Assembly: GCA_963666835.2 (NCBI GenBank)
Contig: CAXXGO010000001.1
Location: 576,001-640,000, forward strand
DNA length: 64,000 nt
DNA from: Phycisphaerae bacterium
GTDB taxonomy: Bacteria > Planctomycetota > Phycisphaerae > UBA1845
Reading direction: 5' to 3'
A program made the translations under genes and the position numbers. Position 1 is the first letter of the stretch, and each line of letters opens with the position of its first letter. Under the pieces are notes generated by a model, which was not told the DNA's origin, did no database searches, and was given only the letters and a program-made list of their open reading frames with translations. This document shows positions 20,208 through 29,822 of this stretch, piece by piece.

Positions 20208-22112
20208 ATGCCTGACAAATGGCGTGATCTTTGCAGTACCAAGCTCGTGACCGCCGCCGAGGCGCTCAAGGCCATCCGGCCCGGCAACCGCGTGTTCGTC
20301 GGCTCGGCGTGCGGCGAGCCACAGGAACTCGTCCGGGCCATGACCGAATTCGGCGACCGCCTGGAAGACACCGAAGTCATCCATGTGCTCACCCTCGGCG
20401 TCGCGCCCTATGCGGAGCCGAAGTACGCTCCGAACTTCCGGCCTAACGCGTTCTTCGTCGGCAGCAGCGTGCGCGAAGCCGTCAACGAGGCGCGGGCCGA
20501 CTACACACCGGTTTTCCTCTCGCAGTTGCCGGGGCTATTCCGTTCCCAACGCATCGCGATCGACGTGGCCCTGGTTATGGTCAGTCCGCCGGACGACTAC
20601 GGCAACTGCAGCCTGGGCGTTTCGGTCGATATCACGAAGGCGGCGGTCGAGTCTGCGAAGCGGGTCGTCGCGCAAGTGAACCGGCACATGCCGCGCGCGC
20701 ACGGTGATTGCTTCCTCAATGTTCGGCAGATGCACTACCTGGTCGAGCACGACGAGCCGCTGCTCGAGTGGCCTGAGGTCGGCGAGCCGGATGAGGTCAC
20801 CCGGCAGATCGCGACCCATCTGGCCCGACTGGTGCCCGACCGGGCGACGCTGCAACTTGGCATCGGGCGGATTCCCGACGCGGTTCTATCCCTATTGACC
20901 GAGAAGCACGACCTGGGAATCCACACGGAGATGTTCTCTGACGGCGTGCTCAAGCTGGCCCGGCAGGGAGTCATCACCGGCAAGTACAAGACGCTCAATC
21001 CGGGCAAGATCGTCGGCAGCTTCGCGGCCGGCAGCCGCGAGTTGTTCGAATACATGAACGACAACCCGCAGATCGAGATGCACCCGTCGGAGTACACTAA
21101 CCATCCGGGCGTGATCAGCGGGCAGGAGAACATGGTCGCCATCAATGCGGCCCTGGAGGTGGACCTGACCGGGCAAGTGGTCGCCGACTCGCTCGGGCAA
21201 TTGCTGTACAGCGGCATCGGCGGGCACGCGGACTTCATTCGCGCCGCGGCGCTGGCCAAGAACGGCAAGCCGATCATCGCTATGCCCAGCACCGCCGACA
21301 CGCCGGCGGGGGTCAAGTCGCGCATCGTCGCGACGCTTCAGGAAGGTGCCGGCGTGATCACGACGCGCGGCGACACGCACTACATCGTCACCGAGTACGG
21401 AGTGGCGTTCCTCCACGGCAAGACGATGCGCGAGCGAGCCATGTCGCTCCTGAGCGTGGCGCACCCGGACTTCCGAGCGGAACTGCTGCACGCGGCCAAG
21501 CAGCGACGGATCGTGTACTCGAACCAGATCATGCCGCCCTCTCAAACCCCTTATCCCGCTCAATACGAGGAGACGCTCACCCTGGACAGCGGCGAGAAGA
21601 TCTTCGTCCGGCCGATACGTTCGGACGACGAACCGCGCATGCGCGAGATGTTCTATGACTTCAGCGAGAACACGAAGTACTTGCGTTATCACGCGGCGAC
21701 GAAGTCCATGCCGCACAACAAGCTGCAGGTCTTCTGCACGGTCGACTACGACAACGACATGGCGCTGATTGGCCTGCACGGCCCGCCGGGAGGCGAGGAG
21801 GTCGTGGGCGTCGCGCGCTATATGACCGACGCCGAGAAGCGGTCGGCCGAGGTAGCGTTTACGGTTAGCGACGCTTGGCAGCGCAAGGGGCTCGGAACGT
21901 ATTTCTTGGGACGCCTCGTCTACATCGCCCGCCTGCAGGGCATCCAGACCTTCCACGCCTACGTGCTGGTCCAGAACAGCGGGATGCTCAAGATCTTTCA
22001 TGGCTCCGGGCTCGTTGTAGAGACGACAACGGAGGATGGCGTTGTGTGCGTGACGATGAAGCTGCCGGAAGAAAGGCCGGGAGATCCGAACCGTGTCGGG
22101 CTCGACGGATGA
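20208..22112 (+). CDS. Acetyl-CoA hydrolase/4-hydroxybutyrate CoA-transferase fused to a GNAT domain
   Basis: TLQLGIG.IP, GIHTEMFSDG, EVDLTGQ, SGIGG..DF, IVTEYG; C-terminal WQRKGLG. Confidence 0.9.
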   Translation: MPDKWRDLCSTKLVTAAEALKAIRPGNRVFVGSACGEPQELVRAMTEFGDRLEDTEVIHVLTLGVAPYAEPKYAPNFRPNAFFVGSSVREAVNEARADYTPVFLSQLPGLFRSQRIAIDVALVMVSPPDDYGNCSLGVSVDITKAAVESAKRVVAQVNRHMPRAHGDCFLNVRQMHYLVEHDEPLLEWPEVGEPDEVTRQIATHLARLVPDRATLQLGIGRIPDAVLSLLTEKHDLGIHTEMFSDGVLKLARQGVITGKYKTLNPGKIVGSFAAGSRELFEYMNDNPQIEMHPSEYTNHPGVISGQENMVAINAALEVDLTGQVVADSLGQLLYSGIGGHADFIRAAALAKNGKPIIAMPSTADTPAGVKSRIVATLQEGAGVITTRGDTHYIVTEYGVAFLHGKTMRERAMSLLSVAHPDFRAELLHAAKQRRIVYSNQIMPPSQTPYPAQYEETLTLDSGEKIFVRPIRSDDEPRMREMFYDFSENTKYLRYHAATKSMPHNKLQVFCTVDYDNDMALIGLHGPPGGEEVVGVARYMTDAEKRSAEVAFTVSDAWQRKGLGTYFLGRLVYIARLQGIQTFHAYVLVQNSGMLKIFHGSGLVVETTTEDGVVCVTMKLPEERPGDPNRVGLDG

Positions 22113-22165
22113 AGGGTCAGAGGAATCGAAAGTGGCGTTCAGTTGGGCCTCCACGGACTATATCC

Positions 22166-22295
22166 GCCGCCGCCCTGTTCGTGGGGGTCGCGGTGTCCGT
22201 GGGAATCGGCTCGATGGCGCAAGTAGACCCAACGGGAGGGTACTTCCTGGTCCAGTTGAGGTACGTGAACATCGCACTGGTCGTGTTCAATCTCA
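22166..22295 (+). repeat. 130-bp diverged copy of an internal segment of the M50 protease gene (4842-4971)
   Basis: Ungapped alignment by eye, about 12 mismatches in 130 bp. Confidence 0.88.
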
Positions 22296-22722
22296 GTACG
22301 GCCGCTGGTACTGCCGTATTAGCCGCCCGCTGGAGCATCCTGGCAAGAGACGAGCAACACAAGCCTATGACGCGGCAATCAGCTATCCGCAGGGGATGCG
22401 GCATCACAAAGCTGCGAGGCTACTGTGGCTGCTGAGAGCTGGACTCTCGCGGAGACTGCGCGAAGAGATTGCCGCGGAGATCATCGCCATGTCGCAGGCA
22501 GTGTCGGGTCCGTGAAATGAGCCCTCGGGCGGACGACATGAGCATTGTGACAAGGACTACAACAAAGTGGGCAGAGGTCTCCGGCGAACGCGCGTTCTTC
22601 GTTGCGATCGTCTGCTGCGTCACTAGAATGACGAGGGAGGAGTTGTTGATGGAAATCTCGTGTTGGATATCGGCACACGTCTAAACCGGGACGTGCGCAC
22701 TAAGATGTAAGCGAGGCGCGCC

Positions 22723-24357
22723 ATGGAAATGTCGAACCTAGTGTGCGACTACGGATTGGAACAGATCGGTCTGACGAAGCTTGGAAACATTTACTGGAAC
22801 CGGTCGACACCAGCACTCTACGAAAGCACGATCCGTCAGGGCGAGGCGCAGATCTCGCACCTCGGACCTTTGCTCGTGCGCATGGGGCAGCATACCGGAC
22901 GGGCGGCACGGGACAAGTACGTTGTGGATGAGCCGAGCACTTCTGGCAACATCTGGTGGGGCAAGATCAACATCAGATACCAAGACGAGCGTTTTGCGGG
23001 ATTGCAGCGCCGCATGTGCGCCTACCTTCGCGGCAAGAAGGTGTTTGTCCAGGATTGCTACGCTGGCGCCGACGAGCGTTACAGGATCGCGGTTCGCGTC
23101 ATCACCGAGTTCGCCTGGCACAGTTTGTTCGCACGGAACATGTTCATCCAGCAGCCGCGCGAGCGGGAGGCGATCCGGTCCTTCAAGCCCGAGTTCACTA
23201 TCCTGCACTGTCCGGACTTCCACGCTGATCCCGACGACGACGGAACGCGCAGCGGTACCTTCGTCGCCCTGGACTTCGCACGGAAGCTGATTCTGATTGG
23301 CGGCACGGCCTACGCCGGCGAGATCAAGAAGTCGATCTTTACGGTCTTGAACTACCTACTGCCCGGTCGCGGCATACTCTCGATGCATTGCTCGGCAAAC
23401 GTCAGTAAGAGCGATCCGGATGACGTGGCCATTTTCTTTGGCCTTTCGGGAACGGGCAAGACGACTTTATCAACCGATCCCAATCGCCTTCTGATCGGCG
23501 ATGATGAGCACGGTTGGTCGGACGACGGGGTCTTCAATTTCGAGGGCGGTTGCTATGCCAAAGTGGTCAGGCTTTCCAAGGAATCGGAGCCGGAGATCTA
23601 CGAGTGTACACGGCGGTTTGGCACCATCCTGGAGAACGTGGCCATGGACCCCGCGACGCGTTACATCGATCTGGACGATGTGGCCATTACCGAGAACACG
23701 CGGGCGGCATACCCGCTCAAGCACTTGAGTGACATCGTGCCCTCGGGAAGGGCAGGCCACCCGCGCAACGTGGTGATGCTAACGGCCGACGCCTTCGGTG
23801 TGTTGCCGCCGATCGCCCGACTGACGCCGGAGCAGGCGATGTATCATTTCATCAGTGGTTACACGGCAAAACTGGCCGGTACCGAGGCAGGCGTGACAGA
23901 ACCCAGTGCCGTGTTCAGCGCTTGTTTCGGCGCCCCATTCTTGGCGAGACATCCTTCAGTTTACGCCGCGCTGCTCGCCGCGAAGCTGGTTAAGCACAAG
24001 GCCGATTGTTGGCTGGTCAACACGGGATGGACAGGCGGGCCTTACGGCGTCGGTTCGCGCATGAAGATCGAGGTCACGCGGGCCGTGCTAAACGCTGCGT
24101 TGGCCGGGACATTGGCCGACGCCGAGACGGAGGAGGATCCTCACTTCGGGTTCCAGGTCCCGCGTGAGGCGCCCGGCGTGCCGACTGACATACTCAATCC
24201 ACGCAAGACTTGGCGCGATCCGAGAGCATATGACGAGCAAGCGAAGAAACTCGCCGGTATGTTCAGGAAGAACTTCGAGCAGTCTGCTGGTGGTACGGCG
24301 GATGAGGTCGTTGCTGCGGGACCAAGAACCGACAGGGAGCGCACCGAGGTGCGCTAA
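22723..24357 (+). CDS. pckA: Phosphoenolpyruvate carboxykinase (ATP)
   Basis: GTAYAGEIKKS, SMHCSAN, FFGLSGTGKTTLS, IGDDEHGW, FEGGCYAK. Confidence 0.96.
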   Translation: MEMSNLVCDYGLEQIGLTKLGNIYWNRSTPALYESTIRQGEAQISHLGPLLVRMGQHTGRAARDKYVVDEPSTSGNIWWGKINIRYQDERFAGLQRRMCAYLRGKKVFVQDCYAGADERYRIAVRVITEFAWHSLFARNMFIQQPREREAIRSFKPEFTILHCPDFHADPDDDGTRSGTFVALDFARKLILIGGTAYAGEIKKSIFTVLNYLLPGRGILSMHCSANVSKSDPDDVAIFFGLSGTGKTTLSTDPNRLLIGDDEHGWSDDGVFNFEGGCYAKVVRLSKESEPEIYECTRRFGTILENVAMDPATRYIDLDDVAITENTRAAYPLKHLSDIVPSGRAGHPRNVVMLTADAFGVLPPIARLTPEQAMYHFISGYTAKLAGTEAGVTEPSAVFSACFGAPFLARHPSVYAALLAAKLVKHKADCWLVNTGWTGGPYGVGSRMKIEVTRAVLNAALAGTLADAETEEDPHFGFQVPREAPGVPTDILNPRKTWRDPRAYDEQAKKLAGMFRKNFEQSAGGTADEVVAAGPRTDRERTEVR

Positions 24358-24492
24358 TAATGGAAAGTGTAGCGTTTGAGCGGCGAACGGTCACCCGTTC
24401 GACAGGCTGATTGGCTACCATGCTGCCGCTGGAAGTAGCGCCGGGTGATCGCCGGCAGAGCGTATGTTCAATTTGTGCTGTGGAGTTGCGCG

Positions 24493-26229
24493 ATGGAGCC
24501 AAAGCCAACCGTGGCCTATTTTTCGATGGAGATCGGCCTGGATCCGGCCGTGCCGACGTACAGCGGTGGCCTCGGCGTGCTTGCAGGGGACTCCCTGCGT
24601 GCGGCCGCCGATCTCAAGTTGCCCATGGTCGCGGTGACACTGGTTCACCGGCGAGGCTACTTCTATCAACGCCTCGACGCTCAGGGGAACCAGACCGAGG
24701 AACCCGTGGATTGGCCGCTCGACGACTATCTGAAGCCGCTTGAGCTTCGAACGACGGTGACGCTCGAAGGGCGTCAGGTGCAGATCGCCGCCTGGCAGTT
24801 CGATGTCGTGGGGGTAGGTGGTTTCACCGTTCCGGTGGTCCTCCTTGACACCGATGTGCCCGAGAATGCCGAGGATGACCGGTCGATCACGCATCATCTT
24901 TACGGAGGAGACTCGCGCTATCGACTGCGGCAGGAGGCTGTCCTGGGAATCGGCGGCGTACGCATGCTCCGGGCGTTGGGCCTTCGCGAGCTCGAACGGT
25001 ACCACATGAATGAAGGCCACGCAGCCCTGTTGGTGCTGGAACTGCTTAAGGAGGAGTCCAGCGTTCGGCAGGTTGGCCCGGCCGAGCAGCCTGTCGTGGA
25101 TGCGGTCCGGCGCCTGTGCGTCTTCACCACACACACGCCGGTCGAGGCCGGGCACGACAAGTTCCCGATCGATCTCGCTCGCGATGTTCTGGAGCCGGAA
25201 CTCATCCAGATACTAACGTCCACCGAGGGGCAGGACGCGCTTTGCTGTGACAAACTCTTGAACATGACCTTCTTGGGGTTCGCCCTCAGCCACTACATCA
25301 ATGGAGTGGCCAAACGACACGGCGAGGTCTCCCGGCAGATGTTCGGGCAATATCCGATCGATGCGATCACCAACGGCATCCACTCAGCGACCTGGACGGT
25401 ACCGCCGGTTGCGGAGATGTTCGATAAGTACATCCCGGGTTGGCGTGAGGACACCGCCAGTCTCCGATACGCGATGTCAATAGATCGCGACGTGCTGTGG
25501 AATGCACACTCTGCGGCCAAACGTCGCTTGATTGAAGAGGTGAATCGAGATACGAACGCGGGGTTCGATCAGGATGTCTTCACCATCGGCTTCGCACGAC
25601 GGGCGACAGCCTACAAACGCCCCGATCTGATTCTGACGGACATGGATCGTCTCAAACGCGTTGCGCGGGACGTCGGCGCCTTGCAGTTGGTGTACGCGGG
25701 CAAAGCTCACCCGAACGACGGTCAGGGCAAGGAGACCATTCGAGCCATTGTCGGCGCCTGCCGCGCGCTCCACCCAGAGATTCGCGCTACGTACCTTCCC
25801 AATTATGACATGGAGAGGTGCCAACTGATGGTGGCCGGCGTGGACCTCTGGTTGAACACGCCGCAGCCGCCGTTGGAGGCTTCCGGTACGAGTGGTATGA
25901 AAGCCGCCGTCAACGCTGTGCCGTCGCTCAGCGTTCTTGATGGATGGTGGCTGGAGGGCTGCATCGAAGGAGTAACCGGTTGGGCCATCGGCGATGACCC
26001 CGTGACACGCGATCCAGACGCACGCCCATCAGTTCCACCGTCAGACGAGGCTCGCCGGCGCGATGCCGACTTGCTCTATCGCAAGCTGGAGGAAGTCATC
26101 TTGCCGTTGTTCTACAGCAATCGGACTGGGTACGTCGACGTGATGCGTCTTGCGATTGCCATCAACGGCTCGTTCTTCAACACGCGGCGCATGATGCAGA
26201 ACTACGTGGCCAAAGCGTACTTTGAGTAG
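24493..26229 (+). CDS. glgP: Alpha-glucan (glycogen) phosphorylase
   Basis: AYFSMEIG, YSGGLGVLAGD, HMNEGH, FARRATAYKR, EASGTSGMKA. Confidence 0.95.
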   Translation: MEPKPTVAYFSMEIGLDPAVPTYSGGLGVLAGDSLRAAADLKLPMVAVTLVHRRGYFYQRLDAQGNQTEEPVDWPLDDYLKPLELRTTVTLEGRQVQIAAWQFDVVGVGGFTVPVVLLDTDVPENAEDDRSITHHLYGGDSRYRLRQEAVLGIGGVRMLRALGLRELERYHMNEGHAALLVLELLKEESSVRQVGPAEQPVVDAVRRLCVFTTHTPVEAGHDKFPIDLARDVLEPELIQILTSTEGQDALCCDKLLNMTFLGFALSHYINGVAKRHGEVSRQMFGQYPIDAITNGIHSATWTVPPVAEMFDKYIPGWREDTASLRYAMSIDRDVLWNAHSAAKRRLIEEVNRDTNAGFDQDVFTIGFARRATAYKRPDLILTDMDRLKRVARDVGALQLVYAGKAHPNDGQGKETIRAIVGACRALHPEIRATYLPNYDMERCQLMVAGVDLWLNTPQPPLEASGTSGMKAAVNAVPSLSVLDGWWLEGCIEGVTGWAIGDDPVTRDPDARPSVPPSDEARRRDADLLYRKLEEVILPLFYSNRTGYVDVMRLAIAINGSFFNTRRMMQNYVAKAYFE

Positions 26230-26346
26230 GTCCAATCCCGAGTATGGCGTTGACGGCACTCGGCGGCTTGGCACCTGGTGACGCCGTGCGGAACAGTCCG
26301 CGAAACCTGATCTTGCCTTCCCCTGTCCAACGCTACTGCGGTTGAA

Positions 26347-27478
26347 TCACTCCTCCTTCTTCTTCGGCGGCCTACGGCTGAGCCACGTGGCGGTGATCAG
26401 GCCCAAGGCAAAGCCCACCAAGAGCGTGACAAAGAGCAGCACGGCCCGGGGCATCGTGATCGTGACAAGAAGCAACTTCGTTTCCACGGCCTGTGTATTC
26501 TGCAAGGCGACTATGACAGCTAGGATTGCGACTACGATCGCAATGACGATGCGTATTCGTGGCAGGAGCAGCCGACAAGGCTGCGGATCTTATGGGGTGA
26601 GAGTCCCCTCGCCGTCAGTTTCCCGGTTCGGACGGCTAGCTTATTCGATGCACGTGTCTGGTAACAGCACGTGTTCTGCTCGAACGAAAACGCCACGGCT
26701 GCCCTGCAGGCTCAGAACTGCAGCGGTGGGAGCGATCGGGGTGGCAAGCAAACTTGGAGGCCTGAACATTAGTGAATGGCTGCAGCTGCGAAAGTACGCC
26801 CGCTCGGGAAATCGCTGGAGCGGATTATTGCGGGAAAGCCGACCCGATTGCCATGCGGGGAAGGCCGACGTCATCGAGGGAAGAAACGGGAATGTGCACC
26901 TCGACGACCCGCCGCGGTAGGGGCCCAGGCATCCAAGGAAAGATCTGCAGAGATAACGTCGGGAAGGGCCATCTCCCAGCAGGGACTGGCGACAACCTGC
27001 GAAGACTCGCCGACCAAGGCAACGACCGTAGGCGGCGAGAGGGATTTGGTCCGGCGCATGGGCCCGTATGAGCGATGAAGGCGGGGTAATGCCCGCTGAC
27101 GTAGCCCGCGAGGCTGCGACGTGACGGGTAACGCCCGAAGCGTGCAAAGGGACCCTGGATACTAGGCGGTCCTGGGGCGCTCCCGGACATTGAGCCGGGA
27201 TCGAGCGTACCCTTAAAGAGTGGACGAGCGTCGCATGCAAACCACAGCCAAGAGGGGCGTATACGAGCCAGCGTTTGAGTTTCCTTGGTTGTGGGCAGGC
27301 AGTGGCGGGACAAGCCAAGGTCAGAACCGGACTCGGGAAATCCGACCGTCCGGGATCGTAGGGGGGCCTCGGGAAACGTGGCTCATGGTGGAACTGTGAA
27401 CCCACTCCGCAACCGAAAGGGCGGATCTGGAAACCCTCCACCTAAAAGCGCGCGCGCCCGAGTTCTATCCCGACCCAT
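26347..27478 (-). pseudogene. LapA-family small membrane protein gene interrupted by an antisense group II intron (parts 27475-27478 and 26347-26564)
   Basis: Removing 26565-27474 gives MVPRIRIVIAIVVAILAVIVALQNTQAVETKLLLVTITMPRAVLLFVTLLVGFALGL...; GGAGG RBS upstream of ATG 27478. Confidence 0.8.
26565..27474 (+). mobile_element. ORF-less group II intron
   Basis: 5' GGATCTTATGGGGTGAGAGTCCCC; domain V GAACCGGACTCGGGAAATCCGACCGTCCGGGATCGTAGGGGGG; domain VI ending CTATCCCGAC; EBS1 loop complementary to the upstream exon. Confidence 0.88.
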
Positions 27479-27613
27479 GTCCGATCCTCCAAATGAGATT
27501 ACTCGTTCGGTCAGCCGCCGGCTACACACTTCCAGCACCCGCCGGCTTCGAAATAAGCATCCCAACTACTCCGCCTGCTCTGAATCAGGCTCTGTCGGCG
27601 GCGACCCACGCTG

Positions 27614-27834
27614 TTGGAGGCGAGGGTCTTGATCGAGCGTTGGCGTGAGCACTACAACCGGGTGCGTCCGCACAGTTCATTGGGATACCGTCCGCCGGCT
27701 CCGGAGGCGTACTCGTTTCCGGTGCAAACGGCGGGCTGCGCTACGCTGCGCAGGGCTTCGCTCCGCCCGCCGCTTGCGGTTCACGAAGCCCTCGGACTAA
27801 CATAACAAGTGGTGTCACCCATGGGGGCGGGTCA
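27614..27834 (+). mobile_element. IS3-family transposase C-terminal fragment and right end
   Basis: EARVLIERWREHYNRVRPHSSLGYRPPAP, then end-like ...ATGGGGGCGGGTCA. Confidence 0.8.
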
Positions 27835-27836
27835 TA

Positions 27837-28202
27837 CTCAGGGTTAAGGTCGCAGTCGGAATCGCTGACGGCTCCGACACGGATCTGGCCGAATGAATCC
27901 TTCATAGAGTCGCGGGAGCGACGGAACACGTCCTTCCTGACCCGGAACCCAAGGTCCTGTTTCTGGCTTTTGGCGAAAGCTCGCTGACTTTTGAACTGCG
28001 GGTTTTTGTTCCGAGCATCGACTACTACTTGAAAGTCAAACACGACCTGCTTAAGGCAATCGATCGCAAGTTCCGCGAGGAGCGCATCGAGATTGCATTC
28101 CCGCAACGTGACATTCATGTGCGCTCGATCCGTCAGGCGCTTCCGATCACCGGAGATAGCGCCACACTGATAGCGACCGAAGAACCGGCCGAGAAGCACT
28201 GA
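27837..28202 (+). pseudogene. MscS mechanosensitive channel C-terminal fragment with internal stop
   Basis: VGIADGSDTDLAE*IL...DPEPKVLFLAFGESSLTFELRVF...IEIAFPQRDIHVRS. Confidence 0.8.
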
Positions 28203-28259
28203 TGGATTCGTCCCGCGAAAAGCCGGCAGCGGAGAATCGGAGCCGGGGTTGGCCGGCTT

Positions 28260-28712
28260 TCAACGCTGTAGGCAGCGGCGAACCCCGGTATGCCGCGCAA
28301 GCTTCAATGCGTCATCTTCGTCGGTCTTGCGATTGACGTTCTTCCACTTCCAGGGATCCTGAGTCGGGTCGGCCACCTGGATTGTGATGTCCATCTCGCT
28401 CACCAAGTCGTACACCCACCCCGCCAGTGGGCAGATCTCGATGACGACCAGGTCAGGGCGAAGTCGTTCAAGCAGATCTCGCAAGTTCGCCCGTCTCGTG
28501 GCAACCTCGCCAAAGGCTGCCTTGCCAGTGTTCGTGTGGAACTCGCAGAAGATGGACTTGCTCTTGGCCAGGTCGAGTGCGAGAATCGTCATTGCTGGGT
28601 CTCCCTTTTTGATGCTGTTAACATCTGTGGGCCGCCACCACGGCGGGCCCGTCAGTGGCCTGGGATTATCCATCCCGCCAAGGCCACAGGGAGGCCCGGC
28701 TTGCATAGTTTC
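28260..28712 (-). mobile_element. IS110-family remnant: left non-coding end plus N-terminal DEDD transposase fragment (ATG 28592)
   Basis: MTILALDLAK, VVIE, RKTD..DALKLAR, then truncated. Confidence 0.78.
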
Positions 28713-29026
28713 TCCGGGTACCGACCCCGGAGGTAGTCCGGGTGCGTGCCAACCATAGCTGCCAGCGCGTTTGGAACCTGCCCACCGGTCCATGGGAGAC
28801 CTCCTTCGGATCGGGGAAGTTGACCTCGGTCCCGCGAGACAGTGTCAACGATGTCCAGCCTGGTCGACTGGCAATCATCCACTTGATGGCCGCCATAAGG
28901 TCCTCCGTGACAGACGCTTGCGCAAACGAATGCGCATCTCAACACGTGGCAGTTACCACTATACGGTGCGAGAGATTGCAGCACCGTGCACAGGATGATG
29001 GTCGTACCGCCTTGCGAGGGGCACAT

Positions 29027-29338
29027 TCAACTCCGATGGCCATAGATCTTGTTGACTTCGCGCGCAGCTCGCTCGATCTCGCGCAGGCGCGCAAGCGAGT
29101 AAGGTGGTGTACTCACGTTTCCTGGATGGCTGAGCCCTTCTGCGAAGCGCTGCAGCGCCTCTGTCGACGTATACGTCGTGCCGCCAACCTTAAGACTCTC
29201 GAGCTTGACACCACGTACGCCATGGTTGATCCAGCGGTACACCGAAGTGACGTGTACGCTCTTACCGCTTGGGCGCGGGGGCAGCTTCTGCGGAACCTGG
29301 CCAATCGGTATCAGCGTCTCCTCGCTCATGTCGATCAT
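29027..29338 (-). CDS. DUF1580 domain (excisionase-like HTH) protein
   Basis: VHVTSVYRWINHGVRGVKLES.KVGG..YTS.EALQRF. Confidence 0.85.
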   Translation of the reverse strand: MIDMSEETLIPIGQVPQKLPPRPSGKSVHVTSVYRWINHGVRGVKLESLKVGGTTYTSTEALQRFAEGLSHPGNVSTPPYSLARLREIERAAREVNKIYGHRS

Positions 29339-29570
29339 GAAATCCACTCCGTTTCTTCTTGCGCCGGTGCACGGTGAAAGACCGTGCACCAGGCCGGTAG
29401 GTCGTCCGATCCGACGTGGCTCGCCATCATACCTCGGAGCGGAGAACCGCGTCCTGCCAACATGCGACGGCCAGTTGAAGAGGCAGTCAAGTAGCGGAGC
29501 ACGCGTTCCGAGTACGCCTCCAAACACCTCATGTAACCCGCGAACGTCGACGCGCTCGGAATGCGATGAG

Positions 29571-29650
29571 TACGGGTACTTTTACGGGTACTCCGCCTGA
29601 ATTCCTTGTCCTTCTGTGTCCTCTGGTGTACCTTGGTGTCACTATGTGTC
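29571..29650 (+). repeat. Two TACGGGTACT direct repeats plus five 10-bp-phased TGTC/TGTA units
   Basis: Repeats at 29571 and 29583; units attccttgtc/cttctgtgtc/ctctggtgta/ccttggtgtc/actatgtgtc at 29601-29650. Confidence 0.75.
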
Positions 29651-29716
29651 CCGCATCGAATGGCGATGCGGTCAAGATGTGGTGTTAAGGACGTTTAAGA
29701 GGGCTTCTAGGAAGAA

Positions 29717-29735
29717 TCGATTCCCCCCGCCTCCA
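29717..29735 (+). other. Attachment-site core resembling the 3' end of tmRNA (ssrA)
   Basis: TCGATTCCCCCCGCCTCCA = T-loop/T-stem plus acceptor 3' strand compatible with G3-U70; directly upstream of an integrase. Confidence 0.7.
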
Positions 29736-29822
29736 TTGAATTTCTGAGCTAGAATCCTTGATTTGTAAAGAATTCCGTATAAAATTATACGCGTTCTTGG
29801 CCCTGAAATCGAGGATTCTGAC

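Noticed and set aside
22166..22295. DGR template/variable repeat pair with 4842-4971
   Set aside because: Mismatches involve all bases rather than adenines, and the segment is an internal TM region of a protease.
26641..27441. 266-aa and other ORFs within the intron as an intron-encoded protein
   Set aside because: No RT motifs such as YADD; they are incidental frames across structured RNA.
29601..29650. CRISPR array
   Set aside because: 10-bp degenerate units without spacers; no cas genes; no CRISPR array seen anywhere in the window.
29660..29740. Complete tRNA or tmRNA gene
   Set aside because: Only the 3' 19 nt match; no complementary 5' acceptor strand or D/anticodon arms upstream.
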